Origin: an uncultured delta proteobacterium
Lineage (GTDB): Bacteria; Myxococcota_A; UBA9160; SZUA-336
Length of the DNA stretch: 64,000 nt
Reading direction: 5' to 3'
Assembly (NCBI GenBank): GCA_963704165.1
Contig: CAVPHD010000001.1
Coordinates: 320,001-384,000, forward strand
In this document: positions 59,574 through 64,000 of the stretch, piece after piece
Layout of the letters: every line of letters starts with the position of its first letter
Position numbering within the stretch: position 1 is the first letter of the stretch
Translations under genes and position numbers: made by a program
Notes under the pieces: generated by a model
The model's input: the letters and a program-made list of their open reading frames with translations, nothing else
Databases searched by the model: none
Told to the model about the DNA's origin: nothing

Positions 59574-61520
59574 GTGATGAACCAACTCACGTACTGGGTC
59601 GAGCGACTGCTCCTTCGGGGCATGCGCTACCGCCTGCTGCTCGTGGCGATGGTGATCGCGTCGCTCTCGATCGTCGCCGGCGCCGTGGTCTGGCTGCTCG
59701 AGCCCTCGATCGGGAACCCGGCGGAAGCGGTCTGGTGGGCGTTCCTGCGCATCACCGACACGGGCTACCTCGGCGACGACGAGGGCAACGTACGCCGCAC
59801 GGTGTCGGCCGTCCTGACGGTTCTCGGCGCGGTCATCTTCCTCGGCGCGTTGATCGCAATCATGGTCCAGGGTCTCAACCAGGGCATCGCGCGGCTCGAG
59901 TCCGGCACCACGCCGATCGTCGCGCGCGATCACATCGCGATCCTCGGCTGGACGAACCGCACGCCGGAAGTGATCGCCGAGCTGATCGAGTCCGAGGGGC
60001 GCGTCGCGCGATTCCTACAGCGAAGCGGTGCGCGCAGGCTGCGCATCGTCGTGCTCGCCGAAGAGGTCACGCTCGCGCTGCACCACGAGCTGCGCGAGCG
60101 ACTCGGCCGGAGCTTCAGCGAGCGGACGATCACGCTCCGGTCCGGTTCTCCGCTCAAGTACGAGCACCTGCGCCGCGTCGACATCGAGCACGCCGCCGCG
60201 ATCCTGATTCCCGGCTCGGACTACGATCCGTCCGGCCCCGAGCGGATCGACGCGAACACGGTGAAGATCCTGCTCTCGATCTCACGGCACGGCGGCGACG
60301 ACCCGAAGACGCTCCCGCTCGCCGTCGCGGAGATCTCCGATCCGCTGCGCACGTCGCTCGCCGAGGACGCGTACCGCGGACCGCTCGAGGTGATTGCCGG
60401 CGACGCGATCGTCGCGCGCATCATCGCGCAGTGCGTGCGCCATCCCGGGCTCTCCGACGTGTATTCGCAGATCCTCACCCACTCGGTCGGAAGCGAGGTG
60501 CACGTGCGCGCGTTTCCCGCACTGAACGAGCGGCGCCTGCGCGGGCTCTACGACGCGTTTCCGACCGCGATTCCACTGGGCACGGTGCGCGCGGGCGGAA
60601 AGAACCTGCACCTGAATCCACCCGAGGATTTCGCGATCGGAAACCAGGACCGGATCGTCTTCCTCGCAACGAATCACGAGGGTTGCGAGCCTTTGAAGCG
60701 CATTCCGCCCGAGGCAGCTTCTACCGGCGCGGCCGCCGAGCCGCGCGCGCTTCCGCCCATGCCGGATCGCCGCCGCGTTCTCGTGCTCGGCTGGAGCCCG
60801 CGCGTATCCGCGCTGGTCGCGGAGTTCGGCCGTTACGACGCCGAATCGTTCGACATCGACGTGGTGTCGATCACCGGCACGCGGGTGCGCGACTCGCACC
60901 TGTCGCGCTTCGAGGTGCCCGAAGGCCGCGTGAACGTGAAGCAGATCGAGCGCGACTACACGGTGCCCGCCGAGATGCGCAAGCTCGAGCCCGCTCGCTA
61001 CGACAACATCGTTCTGGTCTCGAGTCACTGGACCGGCGCGGAGGAAGAAGCCGACGCGCGCACGATCCTCGCGTATCTGCTGCTCCAGGAGATCCTGCCC
61101 GAGAGCGGCGATCGACCGGCGATCCTCGCCGAGATCATGGACTCCGAAAACGTCGCGCTCTTCACGCGCGCGAGCTGCGAGACGCTGCTGCCGATGGTGA
61201 TCCTGTCGCACCTGCTCTCGCAGGTCGTGCTGCGTCGCGAGCTCGGCGCGGTCTTCGACGAGCTCTTCGGTCCCGGCGGCGCCGAGCTCGTCTACCGCAG
61301 CGCGTCCGAGTACGGGCTGGCGGAGCGCAGCATCCGCTTCGCGGACGCGCAGAACGAGGCCGCGCGAAACGGCGAGATCGCCCTCGGGTTCCATTTCGAA
61401 ACCACCGCCACGCCCCAGGCCGGCGCGCTCCTGAACCCACCGCGCGACGCCGTCTATCGACTCGCGCCCGGAGACAGCATCGTCGTCCTCACCACCTACT
61501 CGTCGCTGCCCTGCCTGTGA
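59574..61520 (+). CDS. CASTOR/POLLUX-like cation channel with two RCK domains
   Basis: Two TMs around WWAFLRITDTGYLGDD; DHIAILGW and RVLVLGW RCK motifs. Confidence 0.8.
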   Translation: MMNQLTYWVERLLLRGMRYRLLLVAMVIASLSIVAGAVVWLLEPSIGNPAEAVWWAFLRITDTGYLGDDEGNVRRTVSAVLTVLGAVIFLGALIAIMVQGLNQGIARLESGTTPIVARDHIAILGWTNRTPEVIAELIESEGRVARFLQRSGARRLRIVVLAEEVTLALHHELRERLGRSFSERTITLRSGSPLKYEHLRRVDIEHAAAILIPGSDYDPSGPERIDANTVKILLSISRHGGDDPKTLPLAVAEISDPLRTSLAEDAYRGPLEVIAGDAIVARIIAQCVRHPGLSDVYSQILTHSVGSEVHVRAFPALNERRLRGLYDAFPTAIPLGTVRAGGKNLHLNPPEDFAIGNQDRIVFLATNHEGCEPLKRIPPEAASTGAAAEPRALPPMPDRRRVLVLGWSPRVSALVAEFGRYDAESFDIDVVSITGTRVRDSHLSRFEVPEGRVNVKQIERDYTVPAEMRKLEPARYDNIVLVSSHWTGAEEEADARTILAYLLLQEILPESGDRPAILAEIMDSENVALFTRASCETLLPMVILSHLLSQVVLRRELGAVFDELFGPGGAELVYRSASEYGLAERSIRFADAQNEAARNGEIALGFHFETTATPQAGALLNPPRDAVYRLAPGDSIVVLTTYSSLPCL

Positions 61521-61545
61521 GACACTGACGCGAGGAGGATTCGCG

Positions 61546-62049
61546 ATGGACGAGGCTGCGAAGAAGACGGCGCTGCGGATGATCCCCTACGGAATCTACG
61601 TGCTGACCGCGCGCGGCAGCGACGGATCGGTCGCGGCCGCGACCGTCAACTGGGTGACGCAGACGTCCTTCAAGCCGCCGCTCGTCGCGGTCGCCGTCAA
61701 GGCCGACTCGTCCGCGCACGCGATCGTGAAGGCGAGCCGGGCCTTCGCGCTGAACGTGCTCGGCAAAGGCCAGCAGAAGCTCGCGTTCGCGTTCTTCAAG
61801 CCCGCCGCGCTCGAGGGGAACCGGATCTCGGGCGAGGCCTTCCGCGCCGGGACGACCGGCGCGCCCGTGCTCGAGAACGCCGCGGCCTTCGTCGAGTGCC
61901 GGGTCGTGAACGCGGTCGAGGGTGGCGACCACACGGTCTTCGTCGCCGAGGTCGTCGATGCGGGTGTGGCGAAGGCGCCGAGCGGTCGTGCCGACGACGC
62001 GACGCTGTGGATGAAGGATCTGGGCGACACCGTCTTCTACGGCGGTTGA
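61546..62049 (+). CDS. Flavin reductase family protein
   Basis: PYGIYVLT, QTSFKPPLV, GDHTVF. Confidence 0.92.
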   Translation: MDEAAKKTALRMIPYGIYVLTARGSDGSVAAATVNWVTQTSFKPPLVAVAVKADSSAHAIVKASRAFALNVLGKGQQKLAFAFFKPAALEGNRISGEAFRAGTTGAPVLENAAAFVECRVVNAVEGGDHTVFVAEVVDAGVAKAPSGRADDATLWMKDLGDTVFYGG

Positions 62050-62804
62050 ATTCGAGCGAGCGCGTGGCGGATGAAGTCGCGCGTCTCTTCGAGCGCGTCC
62101 GACTGATTCCCCGTCGGCCAGGTGAGCGCGCGCGCGACGACGTCGCGCCACTTCCCGTCGAGATTCTCGAGCGCCCAGCGCGCGGCGGCCGGCTTCGAGA
62201 CCATTTCGCCGCGCTCGAGCGCGTGGAGTGCGCGGCACATCGTGAGCACCGCGAAACACTGGTACTCGCGCGGGCGCAGGAAGTCGTCCGCTACGAGCTG
62301 CCGCGCCCAGAAGCCGCGCAGGAGCGCGACGACGGCACCGCGAAGCTCGGCCGCGCCGACCGGATCGATGAAGCTTCGCGGCTCTGGGCCTGCGATCACG
62401 ACGCCGTGCTCGCGAAGGATCCAGCGGGTAATCACCCCGTCGACGTCGTGCGGCTCGATCCGGAGCCGCGCGCCGATCGGCAGGAGCGGATGCCGCGCAT
62501 CGTCCGGGTCGTAGCGGCGCATGGCGGCGAGCGGGATGTACGAACCCTCGAGGTGCTCCGCGAACGGCCAGGCACCGGTAGCGGAGAGCCGCTCGTGCAT
62601 GTCGGCGAGCGCCGCGACGACTTCGTCGGAAAGGACCTCGGAGGTCACGACCAGGAAGTCGATGTCACTGCGCTCGCGGGCGAAGTCACCCGTCGCGAGC
62701 GAGCCGTCCAGGTACAGGCCGACGAAGCGCGCGCCCAGCACCTCGCGAGCGCCCGCGAGCACCGTCGCGAGCGCGGAGGCGACGTCCGCGGGCAGCTCAC
62801 CCAA
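62037..62804 (-). CDS. Nucleotidyltransferase, AadA/ANT-like (DUF4111)
   Basis: YLDGSLATGDF...SDIDFLVV; SKPAAARWA. Confidence 0.8.
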   Translation of the reverse strand: MGELPADVASALATVLAGAREVLGARFVGLYLDGSLATGDFARERSDIDFLVVTSEVLSDEVVAALADMHERLSATGAWPFAEHLEGSYIPLAAMRRYDPDDARHPLLPIGARLRIEPHDVDGVITRWILREHGVVIAGPEPRSFIDPVGAAELRGAVVALLRGFWARQLVADDFLRPREYQCFAVLTMCRALHALERGEMVSKPAAARWALENLDGKWRDVVARALTWPTGNQSDALEETRDFIRHALARIQPP

Positions 62805-63300
62805 ACTCGGGTCCGTAGCGGACGCAGCCGCTCACGTCGGCGAGCGCGCCCTTCGCGAGCTCCATCGCCATGAACGCGTCGCTCGGCGGCCGCTCGCCGA
62901 AGCTCAGACCGAATCGCGCGGCGGGCACGAAGCCGAAGCGCGGGTAGTAGCCGGGATGACCGAGCACGACCAGGAACGGAGCGCCGCGAGCGCGACAGGC
63001 TTCGATCCCGGCGCGGCAGAGCGCGATGCCCGTGCCCGCGCGCTGAAGCGTCGGCAACACACCGACCGGACCAAGTCCCATCGGCGCGCGCGCGAAACCG
63101 TGGCCGTCCACGGAAACCGGACTGAAGCAGACGTGACCGACGATCTCGTCGCCTTCGAAGGCGGCGAGCGAGACGCAGTCGCCACCGCGCACGTGGAGTG
63201 CTCGCGCAAGCTCCGCTTCCGCATCCCGTCCGAACGCCTCGCGGTGCACGTGGACGATCGCCGCTTCGTCGTTCGCTGGAGCTACACGGATCTCTGTCAC
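62797..63300 (-). CDS. GNAT N-acetyltransferase (YhbS-like)
   Basis: GLGPVGVLP.LQRAGTG, VVLGHPGYYPRFGF. Confidence 0.9.
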   Translation of the reverse strand: MTEIRVAPANDEAAIVHVHREAFGRDAEAELARALHVRGGDCVSLAAFEGDEIVGHVCFSPVSVDGHGFARAPMGLGPVGVLPTLQRAGTGIALCRAGIEACRARGAPFLVVLGHPGYYPRFGFVPAARFGLSFGERPPSDAFMAMELAKGALADVSGCVRYGPEFG

Positions 63301-63893
63301 CCGGGAACGGCCGTGCACACGATCGTGGCGCGCGTCAGCTGGTGACGGCGCTGGAACTCCGCCCGGCCGACGTCGGCGCGCGACGCCTCCCACGCAGCCA
63401 GGCTCGCGTACCGCGTGAGGAGCAGCACGCGGGCGTCGGGCGGATGCACGTCGAGGCTGCGGAAGAAGCCGCAGATCCGCGCCTCGTATCCCCCTTCGAA
63501 GCCGGGCCAGGCGCGCGCGGAGAGATCGGCGAACTCGGGCCAGTCCCGGTCGAGAATCGAGAAGAAGCGGAACGCATACACACCTGCGCGAAGCGGCGGC
63601 ACCGGGTTCTCGGGACGAAGCGTCGCGATCATTCGCTCCGCACGCGATTCGAGCGCCGTCGAGAACGTGCCCTGAAGCGCCGCCGCGCCCTTCGCGAGCG
63701 CTTCCTCGTCGGGCCACGCGGTGAGCGCGATGCCCTCGTTCGCCTCGAGGCCGATCTGACCTCGCCATACACCGAAGAGCGACCCTCCGTTCTTCCGGGC
63801 GATGGAGTCGCCTTCCAGCCGCAGCCGCTCGGCGAAGCGCTCCCACTCGCCGGCGCCGACCTTGAAGCGGCGGTACTCGTACGTCTCGTTCAC
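63297..63893 (-). CDS. NIPSNAP-like dimeric alpha/beta barrel hypothetical protein
   Basis: Two repeats (YEYRRF...GVW; YAFRFF...GFF), TRYASLAAWEASR. Confidence 0.55.
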   Translation of the reverse strand: MNETYEYRRFKVGAGEWERFAERLRLEGDSIARKNGGSLFGVWRGQIGLEANEGIALTAWPDEEALAKGAAALQGTFSTALESRAERMIATLRPENPVPPLRAGVYAFRFFSILDRDWPEFADLSARAWPGFEGGYEARICGFFRSLDVHPPDARVLLLTRYASLAAWEASRADVGRAEFQRRHQLTRATIVCTAVPG

Positions 63894-63903
63894 GACGGTC
63901 CGC

Positions 63904-64000
63904 TCAGGGAATCGCTTCGAGAACGCGCGTCGGATCGATGCGCACCCGGTAGTTCTCGGTCAGATCGCGCCAGCGGATCGTGGAGCTCTCGATCACATAG
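63904..64000 (-). CDS. C-terminal fragment, possibly a peroxiredoxin-like (AhpC/TSA) protein
   Basis: YVIESSTIRWRDLTENYRVRIDPTRVLEAIP-stop; truncated by the window edge. Confidence 0.4.
   Translation of the reverse strand, partial: YVIESSTIRWRDLTENYRVRIDPTRVLEAIP

Noticed and set aside
62037..63300. Aminoglycoside resistance cassette (AadA-like plus GNAT)
   Set aside because: Only family-level similarity; no attC sites, integrase or mobile context

Overview
High-GC bacterial chromosomal segment. Gene content suggests a Myxococcota/Binatia-like organism; this is inference only. Most of the window is housekeeping and lipid/CoA metabolism: nuoA/nuoE, gpsA, metB, ogt, purC, gshB, PBP1A, thyA-folA, GluQ-RS, a topoisomerase IV pair, mtgA, acyl-CoA ligase/dehydrogenase/hydratase, P450 and a CoA-transferase. 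An accessory, same-strand defence-like island spans about 37.5-49.9 kb. It encodes an RNase H-like protein, an effector-less STAND ATPase, a NERD nuclease-helicase, an HNH endonuclease, a Fic protein and a PLD-SF2 helicase-DUF3427 (SauUSI-like) enzyme. It also encodes an unannotated 323-aa protein that appears to fuse a degenerate HhH/OGG-type DNA glycosylase fold to a C-terminal HEPN (RxxxxH) domain. That fusion and its tightly linked HNH gene are the best candidate for an undescribed anti-phage system. Other signals: pervasive TANNNT boxes 6-8 nt before start codons (leaderless mRNAs), a candidate ~38-nt sRNA, a tandem-repeat basic nucleoid-like protein, and a sigma-54 promoter near an enhancer-binding protein with a non-canonical GAFTGA loop. 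About 11 single-base insertions break ORFs and look like sequencing errors. No tRNA, rRNA, CRISPR array, integrase or transposase was recognised. All family calls come from motif recognition by eye; no database search was run.
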